The position numbers and the translations under genes were made by a program. Shown in pieces: positions 24,040 to 33,157 of a DNA stretch of 57,156 nucleotides. The stretch covers positions 994 through 58,149 of the forward strand of contig CAZHKT010000002.1 in NCBI GenBank assembly GCA_964533045.1, given 5' to 3'. Below the pieces are notes generated by a model. It saw nothing but the letters and a program-made list of their open reading frames with translations. It ran no database searches and had not been told where the DNA came from. The first letter of the stretch is position 1; the number at the start of each line of letters is the position of its first letter. This stretch comes from an uncultured Acidobacteriota bacterium. Lineage in GTDB: Bacteria > Acidobacteriota > Terriglobia > UBA7540.

Positions 24040-25989
24040 TCAGTTCCGCGCGCGCACCGGGAAGTAAACCGTGTAGGTTTCATCCACGATCTCGCTGATG
24101 GGGACGAAACGGATGTTGACGTCCTGTCCGAAGGTCTTGTAGCCGTTGAGCCAAGTGGCCCATTCGCGCTCGTTGTCCGGCACCAGGAGGGTTTCCGGCT
24201 TCGACTTATCGCCGATCAGGGTGCGCTCCACATCCGTCAGGCCGGCCAGCACCACCGGCCCGTCCATGAAAGCGACGGTGTCGGGGCGGTCGGGCAGCGC
24301 CTCGACGTGGAGCTTCTTGGGCAGCACCAGCCGGATCTTATCCTTGTTCCACGTCCGCTTCAGCGCAACGTAGGTGGACGGTTTCGACACGAGGCTCTGC
24401 TTCTGATCGTTGAGGTAGAGTTCGGCCTCGCCCGCCAGCCACCAGGGCAGGCGCAGCCGGAGCGTGAAGTCCGAGGGCTTGTCGGTCTCGACGCTCAGGT
24501 TCACCACCCAGCGGTTGGGCCGCCGGATGGGATCGTCGGTGGAAAGCAGGCCGTAGCCGCGCGTTTCGGGATCAAACCGCTGACGGACCTTGAGTTTGCC
24601 GCCGCTCCAATCCACGCTGGCTTCGGAAGGAAGGTACTGATCGATGATCACGCCGTCCTTGTCGGTGTAATAGACATAGCGGTCGTGGCGCGTCTGGGCC
24701 TGCACCAGCGAGCCGTGGCAGCACCAGAAGTCGTTGGTGGGCGTGCCCCAGACCTTCCTGGCGCCGGAGCGCAGCGGCAGGAAGTAAGCGATCATGCCGG
24801 TGCGTGGGTTTTGCTGGGCAAGAATACCATTATGGATATTACGTTCGATGTAATCCGCATACTGGATATCGCCCGTCCAGCGGTAGAGATAGTCGGCCAG
24901 GCGAATCATGTTATAGACGACACAGTGCTCCTGATTCTTATCGCCCAGGCGCGAGGCGAACTCGTGGGGCGGCGTCCAGATTTCCCCGTCCGTCTGGCCG
25001 CCGGTGCAGAAGTAGCCGCGGTCGGTCACGCCCGATTTCCAGTAAGCCTCGACAATCTTGCGCCACTCCGGCTCGCCCGTTACCTCGTAGACGCGCGCCG
25101 CGCCCTGCACCTCCGGGACGGTGGTATTGGCGTGCCGGTTGGTCAGCGGATCTTCGCCGGCCAGCAGGCGGTCAAACAGCCGCCCGCGGCGATAGCGCTG
25201 GATCAGATCCGAATACATCTTGTCGCCGGTGATGTGGTACAGGTCGGCCCAGACTTCCAGCATGCCGCCGGTTTCGACGTCGAGGATGTTGTCCATCTGC
25301 TCGCGCGAAAACTGGCCGGTCCAGTGGTGGAACCACTGGGCCCAGTTGTTGGCGATCTCCAGCGCCTGCTTGTTGCCCGCGATCTGGTACATGTCAATCA
25401 AACCCATGAAGGTCTTGTGCACGGTGTAGTGCGGCGCCCAGACGCGCTTGCCCTGGGCGATCCAGTAGAAGTAGCGCTCCGGAATCGAGCCGACCCACTG
25501 GCCGCCGTTTTCGCGCTGGATGCGCGCCAGTTCGGCCACGATCGTGTCGGCCTTGGCTTTGACTTCGCCATCGCCCTGCGCCGCCAGATACGCCGCCGCC
25601 GACAGCCAGTGACCCAGGAAATGCCCCTTCAACTGGCAGGTGGGCGACTCCCAGCCCCAGTGAATGTTGTCGCCGCGCGAGTCCGGGCCCATCGCCGTCT
25701 GGCGGAATTGCGGATTCCACAGGCCCGCTTCCAGATAATAGTTCTGGAGCAGGTTTTCGTTCTTCAGGCTCATGACGTAATCCCGATTGAGCTCGGCGCG
25801 GCGGGCAAAGCCGACCGCCGCCATGGGACCAAAGTCGGTTCCCAGAAGCTTCACCTGACCCACGGGCACGGGCTTCACCACTTCCGGCGACGCGGCGGCG
25901 CGCTTGAGCGGCGCTTGCTGCGCCAGCGCCAGCCCCGCCGCGAAAACCACAGCCAGCCCCAGCCCCAGTGCTCTCATCGTTCGATTCAT
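24040..25989 (-). CDS. secreted glycoside hydrolase, GH127/DUF1680-like (beta-L-arabinofuranosidase family)
   Basis: Signal peptide (MNRTMRALGLGLAVVFAAGLALA). Conserved Cys-containing blocks EHCVVYNM and FWCCHGS resemble the GH127 Zn/Cys catalytic centre. Start at ATG 25989 has a GGGAGG SD; the longer ORF-track N-terminus is REP sequence. Confidence 0.8.
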   Translation of the reverse strand: MNRTMRALGLGLAVVFAAGLALAQQAPLKRAAASPEVVKPVPVGQVKLLGTDFGPMAAVGFARRAELNRDYVMSLKNENLLQNYYLEAGLWNPQFRQTAMGPDSRGDNIHWGWESPTCQLKGHFLGHWLSAAAYLAAQGDGEVKAKADTIVAELARIQRENGGQWVGSIPERYFYWIAQGKRVWAPHYTVHKTFMGLIDMYQIAGNKQALEIANNWAQWFHHWTGQFSREQMDNILDVETGGMLEVWADLYHITGDKMYSDLIQRYRRGRLFDRLLAGEDPLTNRHANTTVPEVQGAARVYEVTGEPEWRKIVEAYWKSGVTDRGYFCTGGQTDGEIWTPPHEFASRLGDKNQEHCVVYNMIRLADYLYRWTGDIQYADYIERNIHNGILAQQNPRTGMIAYFLPLRSGARKVWGTPTNDFWCCHGSLVQAQTRHDRYVYYTDKDGVIIDQYLPSEASVDWSGGKLKVRQRFDPETRGYGLLSTDDPIRRPNRWVVNLSVETDKPSDFTLRLRLPWWLAGEAELYLNDQKQSLVSKPSTYVALKRTWNKDKIRLVLPKKLHVEALPDRPDTVAFMDGPVVLAGLTDVERTLIGDKSKPETLLVPDNEREWATWLNGYKTFGQDVNIRFVPISEIVDETYTVYFPVRARN

Positions 25990-26101
25990 GACAGACCTCC
26001 CATGCGGATGATTACGAGGATGTTCGGAAGGGGAATTATACACGATGTAACCGCCGCAAGCCTGAAAGACGAGCAATGACGAACCGAAAACATGTGTTTG
26101 T

Positions 26102-26321
26102 GTAGCGCAGGGCCCGCTCTGCGGCCCTGCGGTCCTTCCATCGCAGTGACGAGCCGCAAGGCTAAACGACGCGACAAACCGCAAGGCTGAACGACCAGCC
26201 TTGCGCTACACGGTCCTTCCATCGCAATGACGAACCGCAAGGCTGAACGACGAGCCTTGCGCTACAAGGTTCTTCCATCGCAATGACGAACCGCAAGGCT
26301 GAACGACGAGCCTTGCGCTAC
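26102..26321. repeat. REP family 2 array downstream of nrdR (1 type A, 1 truncated and 3 complete inverted type B; 56-bp tandem units)
   Basis: GTAGCGCAGGGCCCGCTCTGCGGCCCTGCGG at 26102. CCGCAAGGCTGAACGAC(C/G)AGCCTTGCGCTAC at 26179, 26235 and 26291. Units 26210-26265 and 26266-26321 are near-identical. Confidence 0.85.
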
Positions 26322-26338
26322 AAGAACGAACCCCGGCT

Positions 26339-26800
<462 letters not shown>

Positions 26801-26807
26801 GGGGCAA

Positions 26808-26887
26808 CAGAATACAGAAGTCAGAATTCAGAATCCAGAATAAAGCGGCCAGCTTTCAGCCGCCAGCCATCAGCCTTCAGCCAACAG
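26808..26887. repeat. heptad-phased short tandem repeat block: (CAGAATN)x5 then (YCAGCYN)x5
   Basis: CAG starts at 26808, 26815, 26822, 26829, 26836, 26850, 26857, 26864, 26871, 26878 and 26885. Eleven of twelve consecutive 7-bp registers are occupied. The block lies immediately upstream of the nrdR ATG. Confidence 0.75.
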
Positions 26888-26934
26888 TTTCTTCTTGATC
26901 CTTCGTCATTCGACCTTTGTTCATCGTTCCTGGT

Positions 26935-28005
26935 TCATACTTCCTCGTGGACTCTGGCTTCCTCTTCCTCGGCGATGGCCTTGAGTTTACGGAAGGTGAG
27001 GCCTTCGTGGACCAGCAAGATCGCGCCCATGGCCAGGCAGGGCGCCGCGACGATGATCCAGATCAATATGGACGCGCCGGTGGCGGCCTCCACGCCCACG
27101 CGGAAGAGCTGGGTCAGCGCCAGGATGATGCCCACCTGGTAGCCGCCGCCGACGCCCGGAAACTGAAACATCAGGCCGAGCACCGCAAAAAAGACGCCCA
27201 GGGCGGCGCCGAACCAGCCCACCTGTGCCAGATCGCCGCCCAGGCTGCGAAAGACGCAAAAGAAGACGCTGACGTTGATGCACCAAAGCGCGAGCGTGGA
27301 GACCATGCTGGCCGCCAGCGCTCTCCCGCTGTGGATGACCATCAATCCTTCGGCGAAGGAATGCAGGAAGTGACCCAGGTGATGCTGCGCCCGCGCGCCC
27401 AGGAAGGCGAACATGCGCACCACCTTCGGTCGCAGGCGGTCCGCGTGAAGGCGGAAGTACACCAACAGGACGACCATCAGCACGGTGACGATCGTCAGAA
27501 CCAGGCCGGCCTCGTCCAGATGGGTGCGAATTGTTCCGCTGCTGCCCGAGACGGGTTCAAGCGCCGAAAAGTAAAGCGCCGCCGCGAAGATCAAGACCAG
27601 CATCACCGTGTCGTAGACGCGCTCCAGCACGAGAATGGCGACCTGCGAGGTGATGGGGACGTCCGCTTTGCGCGCGATATAAGCGGGCCGCACGAATTCG
27701 CCCGGGCGCCCAATCAAATAAATCGAGCAGAAGCCCAGCACCTGCCCGACAAAGAGCATCCAGAGCGAACTTTTCCTGATGGGTTCGAGGAAGGCTCCCC
27801 AGCGATAGGCGCGGATGACGTAACTGGAGATCGTCGCCGCCACCGCCGCCAGCAGGTACGCCGGACTGGCGTGCAGCAGGAGCGCCCAGAGGCGAGCGCC
27901 GCTGAACTGGCGCCATTCCGGGCTGCGGCTCAGGTTCAACACGATCAGGCCCAGCACCAGCGCCATCACGCCAAACCAAAGCCATTGCTTTTGATTCTTC
28001 GTCAT
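26935..28005 (-). CDS. flippase-like / lysylphosphatidylglycerol-synthase TM-region family membrane protein (UPF0104)
   Basis: 356 aa and polytopic. The N-terminal region with an RAYRW block is typical of the LPG_synthase_TM (TIGR00374) family. Confidence 0.75.
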   Translation of the reverse strand: MTKNQKQWLWFGVMALVLGLIVLNLSRSPEWRQFSGARLWALLLHASPAYLLAAVAATISSYVIRAYRWGAFLEPIRKSSLWMLFVGQVLGFCSIYLIGRPGEFVRPAYIARKADVPITSQVAILVLERVYDTVMLVLIFAAALYFSALEPVSGSSGTIRTHLDEAGLVLTIVTVLMVVLLVYFRLHADRLRPKVVRMFAFLGARAQHHLGHFLHSFAEGLMVIHSGRALAASMVSTLALWCINVSVFFCVFRSLGGDLAQVGWFGAALGVFFAVLGLMFQFPGVGGGYQVGIILALTQLFRVGVEAATGASILIWIIVAAPCLAMGAILLVHEGLTFRKLKAIAEEEEARVHEEV

Positions 28006-28252
28006 GAATGCACGTGCCGGACTGCCGCCGCCAAGCTATCCGAAGGCGCGCGCCGAAGTCAAGCAAACCGGGCGCGCCGGCATCTGGCTGGCCGTGGCAT
28101 GGCCGTCCCGGCGATGCACCACGGGCAGGATGCCCGTGCCACGATGCAGGCGAGACGCTGGCGGCCCCGATACCATCTTCGCACTTGCACTGGCCGCCGG
28201 ATTGGGATAAGCAAGGAGCGCTCCGAAAAGCGTTCATGGAAAGGGAGGCATT

Positions 28253-30781
28253 ATGAAGAGGCTTCGATTCTTGGCCCTGATGGGCCTGCTGCTGGCCGTT
28301 CCCGCTCCCGCCGAGGAACCGGCACAGCCCAAGGAATACAAGGCTCACGTCACCGGCTACGCGCACATTGACATGGCGTGGCTCTGGCGCTGGGAAGAAT
28401 CCACGTACGACATCATGTTCAACACCTTTCAGAATCAACTGAAGCTGATGGAGCTCCATCCCGAGTTCACCTTCGCGCAGGACCAGGCGGTGGTGTACGA
28501 AATAATGGAGAAGTTCTACCCGGAAATCTCCCAAGGCATCCGGCAGCGGGTGCGAACCGGTCAATGGATTCCGGTGTCCTCCACCTGGTCGCAAACGGAC
28601 GAGAACATGCCGGACGGTGAATCGCTGGTGCGGCAGTTTCTCTACGGCCAGAAGGCCACCAGGGAAAGATTCGGCCGCTACGTGCGCGTGGCGTGGCAGC
28701 CCGACGTCTTCGGCCATCCGGCCTCCATGCCGCAGATCGCGCGCAAAGCCGGAATCGAGTGGTACTTGTTCGGCCGGCCGCAAGTTCCCAGCCGCCCGCC
28801 CATCTTCTGGTGGCAAAGCCCGGATGGCAGCCGCGTACTCGGCTACAACCCGCCGGGATGGTACACGCAAGAAGTGAATCATGAGAATTTCACCGTCAAG
28901 CTGAGGAACGAAGCCGATCGCGCCGGCGTGAAGGACATGCTGGTGCTGTTCGGCCAGGGCGACCACGGCGGCGGGCCCAATCCCAACGACCTCGCCCATC
29001 TCGCGGCCCTGCGCAGTTCTCCCCACGATGTGCAGATTAAGTTTACCAACGTGGAGAATTACTTCGAGCTCCTGCTGGCCGGCAAGCAGGACTTCCCCGT
29101 CTGGGCGCGCGAGCACAATCCGGTATTTGAGGGCTGCTACACCACCCAGGTCGAGATGAAGCGCAATAATCGCCAGGCGGAGCAATTGCTGCTCGCCGCC
29201 GAGAAGATGTCGGAGTGGGCGCGCTTCGGCAACTACCGCGACTACTTCCCCAGCCGTGACCTGGGCGAAGCGTGGAAGCTCGCGCTGCTCAACCAGACGC
29301 ACGACCTGCTGCCCGGCTCGGGCATCGGCCCCATTTACAAGGACGCGGCGAAACAGTACGACGAAATCTTCGAGCGCGGCCAGCGCGCGCTTACCTTCTC
29401 GCTTCAGTCGCTGGGCCTCCAGCTCGATACGCGCGGCGACGGCATTCCGCTCGTGGTCTATAACACGCAATCCTGGGATCGCACGGAATGGGTCACGGCG
29501 GAAATCGCCGGCCTCGCGCTGCCCCGGCAGATGGTCGCCCGGGCCGGTGACGAAGTCGTGCCGGTGCAAATTCTCAAACCCGCCGCGCGCGACGGCGCGC
29601 GCGAGCACGCCACCATCGCCTTCGTCGCCTCCGTTCCGCAGATGGGACTCAAACTTTATCGCATCCTTCCGGCACCCGCCGCGCCCCCGCCGCCGGCCGT
29701 TCAGGCCGGCCTCAAACCGCGGCCGTTTCTTGAAAATGAATTTTTGCGCGTGGAAGTGAATCCGGCCACCGGCAACATCGCGCGCGTGTACGACAAGCAG
29801 GCCCAGCGCGAAACGCTGCGTGAAGGTGGCGCGTTTCTGGTGGCGCTGGAAGACACCGCCGAGCAGGCCCGAAAGGATCCCAGCTATGTGGGCTCCGCCT
29901 GGAATCTCGGCCTGACGGGCGTGAAGTGGGACATCAACAAGCCCGAGCGCATCGAGGTGACCGAGTCCGGCCCGGCGCGCGCCACGCTGCGCGTCGTGCG
30001 CCGCTTCCGCGATTCCATCTTCACGGAAGAAATCAGCCTCACCGCCAGGGTCCCGCGCGTCGATGTCAAATCGAGCGCCGACTTCTACGAGCGCAGCACC
30101 TTCATCAAAGCGGGATTCCCGGTGGCCGTTGCGGGCTCGCTCGCCACTGAAATTCCGTACGGCGTTCAGGAACATCCGCAAACGGGCCAGGAAACGGTGA
30201 TGGGCAAGTGGGTGGATATTTCCGACTCCAGCTACGGCGTGGCGATTCTGAACAACGGCCGCCACGGCTTCGACGCGCAGGACAATACCATCCGGATTTC
30301 CGTGATTCGCGGCCCCTGGGGGCCCGACCCGCGCGCCGACGAGGGTCATCACGCCTTCGGCTATGCCATCTATCCGCATCGCGGCGGCTGGCGCGAGGGC
30401 AAAGTGCAACGGCAGGCGCTCAGTTTCAACGCGCCCCTGCTGGCGTTACAGGAACCCGTCCACCACAGCCCGCAGGAACAGTGGGCGGGCAAGAGCGGCG
30501 GCCTGCCGTCGCCCACTTCGTTCATCAAGGTCGCAAGCGACCACGTTCTGCTGACCGCCATGAAACAGATGGAAGGCTTCTACGATACCGACGCCATTCT
30601 TCGGTTCTATGAGAGTGAAGGCCGCGAAGGCAATGTCGCGATCGAGTTGCCGTTCAGGGTGAAAGCTCTGGAGACCGATCTGCTGGAGGAAACCATCGCG
30701 CCCGTAGGCGAAGGCGCCAAGATTGAGTTCCGCATGAAGCCGTGGGAAATCAAAACCCTGCGCCTGACGCGGGCGCAGTAA
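28253..30781 (+). CDS. secreted alpha-mannosidase, GH38
   Basis: Signal peptide. GYAHIDMAWLWRWEES and GQGDHGGGP motifs of the GH38 N-terminal catalytic domain. 842 aa. AGGGAGG SD. Confidence 0.9.
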   Translation: MKRLRFLALMGLLLAVPAPAEEPAQPKEYKAHVTGYAHIDMAWLWRWEESTYDIMFNTFQNQLKLMELHPEFTFAQDQAVVYEIMEKFYPEISQGIRQRVRTGQWIPVSSTWSQTDENMPDGESLVRQFLYGQKATRERFGRYVRVAWQPDVFGHPASMPQIARKAGIEWYLFGRPQVPSRPPIFWWQSPDGSRVLGYNPPGWYTQEVNHENFTVKLRNEADRAGVKDMLVLFGQGDHGGGPNPNDLAHLAALRSSPHDVQIKFTNVENYFELLLAGKQDFPVWAREHNPVFEGCYTTQVEMKRNNRQAEQLLLAAEKMSEWARFGNYRDYFPSRDLGEAWKLALLNQTHDLLPGSGIGPIYKDAAKQYDEIFERGQRALTFSLQSLGLQLDTRGDGIPLVVYNTQSWDRTEWVTAEIAGLALPRQMVARAGDEVVPVQILKPAARDGAREHATIAFVASVPQMGLKLYRILPAPAAPPPPAVQAGLKPRPFLENEFLRVEVNPATGNIARVYDKQAQRETLREGGAFLVALEDTAEQARKDPSYVGSAWNLGLTGVKWDINKPERIEVTESGPARATLRVVRRFRDSIFTEEISLTARVPRVDVKSSADFYERSTFIKAGFPVAVAGSLATEIPYGVQEHPQTGQETVMGKWVDISDSSYGVAILNNGRHGFDAQDNTIRISVIRGPWGPDPRADEGHHAFGYAIYPHRGGWREGKVQRQALSFNAPLLALQEPVHHSPQEQWAGKSGGLPSPTSFIKVASDHVLLTAMKQMEGFYDTDAILRFYESEGREGNVAIELPFRVKALETDLLEETIAPVGEGAKIEFRMKPWEIKTLRLTRAQ

Positions 30782-31081
30782 GAATGGGATTTCCCCACCC
30801 TCGCCCAAACCGGGAGAGTGCGGCACGCGGCACACGTCCTCGCAAGAACGCCGTGCGGTGAGTCAGTCCCCCCGAACGAGGGCAAGTTGGACCGTCGGCT
30901 GACGGACTGCATTCCAGTGCAAACTGTCCGGGGATCTCTAACCAAGTTCAGTTAATGACCTATACTGATTACTGCAACGTTAAGGCGGCCCTCGTCACGA
31001 GCAAGAAATCAATCCCGGCATAGAGACCACAGCTTGCGCTGCGGTTCATTCTGCTACAATGGGCGCGCTTTGGCGGGGGCG

Positions 31082-31107
31082 GGAACCGAGGCTCGCTGCC
31101 CGCGGTT
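31082..31107 (+). promoter_or_regulatory. candidate ECF-type autoregulated promoter GGAAC-N18-GTT
   Basis: GGAAC at 31082-31086 and GTT at 31105-31107, 25-45 nt upstream of the sigma factor start. The pattern resembles SigR/SigH/SigE-class ECF promoters. Confidence 0.35.
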
Positions 31108-31131
31108 GCGTGGGTGTGCGCATGAGGTCCG

Positions 31132-31734
31132 GTGGACGCTGATCGGGAAATGATCAAGCGATGTCTGGAGGGCGATGACAGCGCCTGGGCAGCGCTACTT
31201 CAGACGCACGCGCGCAAAGTCTATAACCTCTGCTACCGTTTCACGGGGCGTCCGACGGAGGCCGAGGACCTGACACAGGAAGTTTTCATCAAGATCTTCC
31301 AGACGCTCAAGACATTTGATCCGGCGCAGGCGGCCTTCAGCACCTGGCTGAACCGGATCGCGCGCAATCACCTGGTGGACCATTACCGGCGCACGAAGAA
31401 GGACCGGGTGACGGACTCGATCGACGACGAGGTGGGCGGCATCGAGGACAAGCCCAGCGCCAGCGAAGGCCCGGTGGCGCATGTCGAGGCCCGCGAGCGG
31501 AAGGAACTCTTGCAGCGCGCCTTGGAGAAGCTCTCCCCCGACTTGCGCGAGGCGGTGGTGCTGCGCGACCTTCAGGACCTGGATTATGCCGAGGTCGCCC
31601 AGGTGCTGGGGGTGCCGGAGGGGACGGTCAAATCCCGTATCAACCGGGGAAGATTGGAACTTGCAAAGGTCCTGAAACGTATGGAACAAGTGAAGGGGTT
31701 CCCGCCGGGGAAGCAGGCGGGAGGCGAGCCATGA
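31132..31734 (+). CDS. ECF RNA polymerase sigma factor (sigma-70 family, group 4)
   Basis: Region 2 (AEDLTQEVFIKIF, WLNRIARN) and region 4 (DYAEVAQVLGVPEGTVKSRINRGR). GTG 31132 or ATG 31150. Confidence 0.9.
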   Translation: MDADREMIKRCLEGDDSAWAALLQTHARKVYNLCYRFTGRPTEAEDLTQEVFIKIFQTLKTFDPAQAAFSTWLNRIARNHLVDHYRRTKKDRVTDSIDDEVGGIEDKPSASEGPVAHVEARERKELLQRALEKLSPDLREAVVLRDLQDLDYAEVAQVLGVPEGTVKSRINRGRLELAKVLKRMEQVKGFPPGKQAGGEP

Positions 31735-32408
31735 CGCACCTGGAACTGGAAAACCTGGCGAGCGATTACCTGGAAGGGCAACTCGATGCGGCTCAACGAG
31801 TTACGGTCGAGGCTCACCTTCAGGATTGCACCTCTTGCCGCGAGCTGATCGCCGACCTGAAGCGCGTTTTCGAACTGACCCGGGCGGCCGAAGAGCTGGA
31901 GCCCGCGCCCTGGCTGATTTCCAAAATCATGCTGGCCACGGTGGGCGAGCGGAAGCCCACCTGGCAGGAGCGTCTGGCGGCATTTTTGCGTCCGACCCCG
32001 CAACCGCGGGTCGCCTATATGATTGCCATGGCCATCTTCTCGATCTCGGTCATCATCAGCGCTGCGGGAATTAATCTTCGCAACGCCACGGTGGCGGATC
32101 TGAACCCGGTTCGCTGGCTTTACCAGGCGAACCGCTCCGGTCAGTTGCTGTTCGCCCGCGCCGAAAAGTTCTACTACGATCTGCGGATCGTCTACGAAAT
32201 CGAATCCCGCTTTCGCCAGCTTCGGCCGCAGGAAGAGAGGCAGGAAGAGGAAGAGCCTCAGCCCAAGAGCAATCCCGGCGGCTCGACGGAGCGGACCGCC
32301 CCGGGCAAGACCCAACTCGCCGCCGCGCCGCATTCCAGTTTGCAGGTCGCCGAATCCATCCCGCTGGCCTCTCGCTGGGCCGCCCAGACAAGGAGCACTT
32401 CCCGATGA
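31731..32408 (+). CDS. zinc-binding anti-sigma factor (zf-HC2 / ZAS motif), single-pass membrane protein
   Basis: HLQDCTSC matches HxxxCxxC. One TM helix (VAYMIAMAIFSISVIISAAGI). ATGA overlap with the sigma gene. Confidence 0.75.
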   Translation: MTHLELENLASDYLEGQLDAAQRVTVEAHLQDCTSCRELIADLKRVFELTRAAEELEPAPWLISKIMLATVGERKPTWQERLAAFLRPTPQPRVAYMIAMAIFSISVIISAAGINLRNATVADLNPVRWLYQANRSGQLLFARAEKFYYDLRIVYEIESRFRQLRPQEERQEEEEPQPKSNPGGSTERTAPGKTQLAAAPHSSLQVAESIPLASRWAAQTRSTSR

Positions 32409-33070
32409 AATGCGCCAACCACGTCGAAGTTGATTCCGTTGCGTTTTGCGGTTACTGCGGCAAGCCGCTGTGCGGCGAATGCCGCAAGGAAGTCCGCGGC
32501 ACCTCCTACTGCGAAAACTGCCTAGCCGATCGCCTCCAGCCCGCCCAGCCGGCCGCGGCCGACGCCGGTCCGCCGGGCGCCCCCAACCCTGGTCTGGCGC
32601 TGGCCTTGGGCCTGATCCCGGGCGTCGGTGCCATCTACAACGGCCAGGTGATGAAGGCGATCGCCCAGGTGCTGATTTTCGGCTCGCTCATCGGCATGGG
32701 CGACCGCGTCGGAGGTTCGGCCGAAGGGCTGTTCGGGCTGGCGACGGCCGCCTTCTATTTCTACATGGTAATCGATTCCTATCAGACGGCCAAGCGCAAG
32801 AAGATGGGCCTGCCCGTGCAGGAGTGGTTCGGCCTGGGTAACACGAAGCTGAACGCGCCGGTGGGCGCCGCCGTGCTGATCGGTCTGGGCGTGCTCTTCC
32901 TGCTCGACAACCTGGGCGTGCGCGTCTTCCCGATCGTTGGCCGCTTCTGGCCGGTAGGACTGATTGCCGTGGGCGTGCTGATGCTGCGCAAGCGCCTGAC
33001 GAACGGCGATACGCCGGAACCACCCCGGCCGGGGCCGGGAACTTTCCCCGGCGGACCGCAGACGATGTAA
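32405..33070 (+). CDS. B-box zinc-finger membrane protein with a LiaF/DUF5668-like TM region
   Basis: N-terminal CANHxxxxxxxFCxxCGKPLCGECxxxxxxxxYCENC, then 4 TM helices. ATGA overlap with the anti-sigma gene. Confidence 0.7.
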   Translation: MKCANHVEVDSVAFCGYCGKPLCGECRKEVRGTSYCENCLADRLQPAQPAAADAGPPGAPNPGLALALGLIPGVGAIYNGQVMKAIAQVLIFGSLIGMGDRVGGSAEGLFGLATAAFYFYMVIDSYQTAKRKKMGLPVQEWFGLGNTKLNAPVGAAVLIGLGVLFLLDNLGVRVFPIVGRFWPVGLIAVGVLMLRKRLTNGDTPEPPRPGPGTFPGGPQTM

Positions 33071-33157
33071 GGGATTGATGAACCAAGAACGAAAAGCAAC
33101 GCCATTCGCGGAAGGATGAGAGTTGAAAGCTGACAGCCACGAGAGAGGCGAAGCATC

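Noticed and set aside
27557-30409. 950-aa minus-strand ORF spanning the GH38 gene, the intergenic region and part of the flippase-like gene
   Set aside because: It is antisense to a well-supported GH38 CDS and has Arg/Gly/Ala-rich composition with no recognisable motifs. Long stop-free antisense frames are expected at this GC content.
30935-30990. AT-rich island upstream of the ECF operon as a promoter, sRNA or att site
   Set aside because: No convincing -35/-10 pair at proper spacing was found on either strand, and there is no hairpin or repeat. It is left unassigned.
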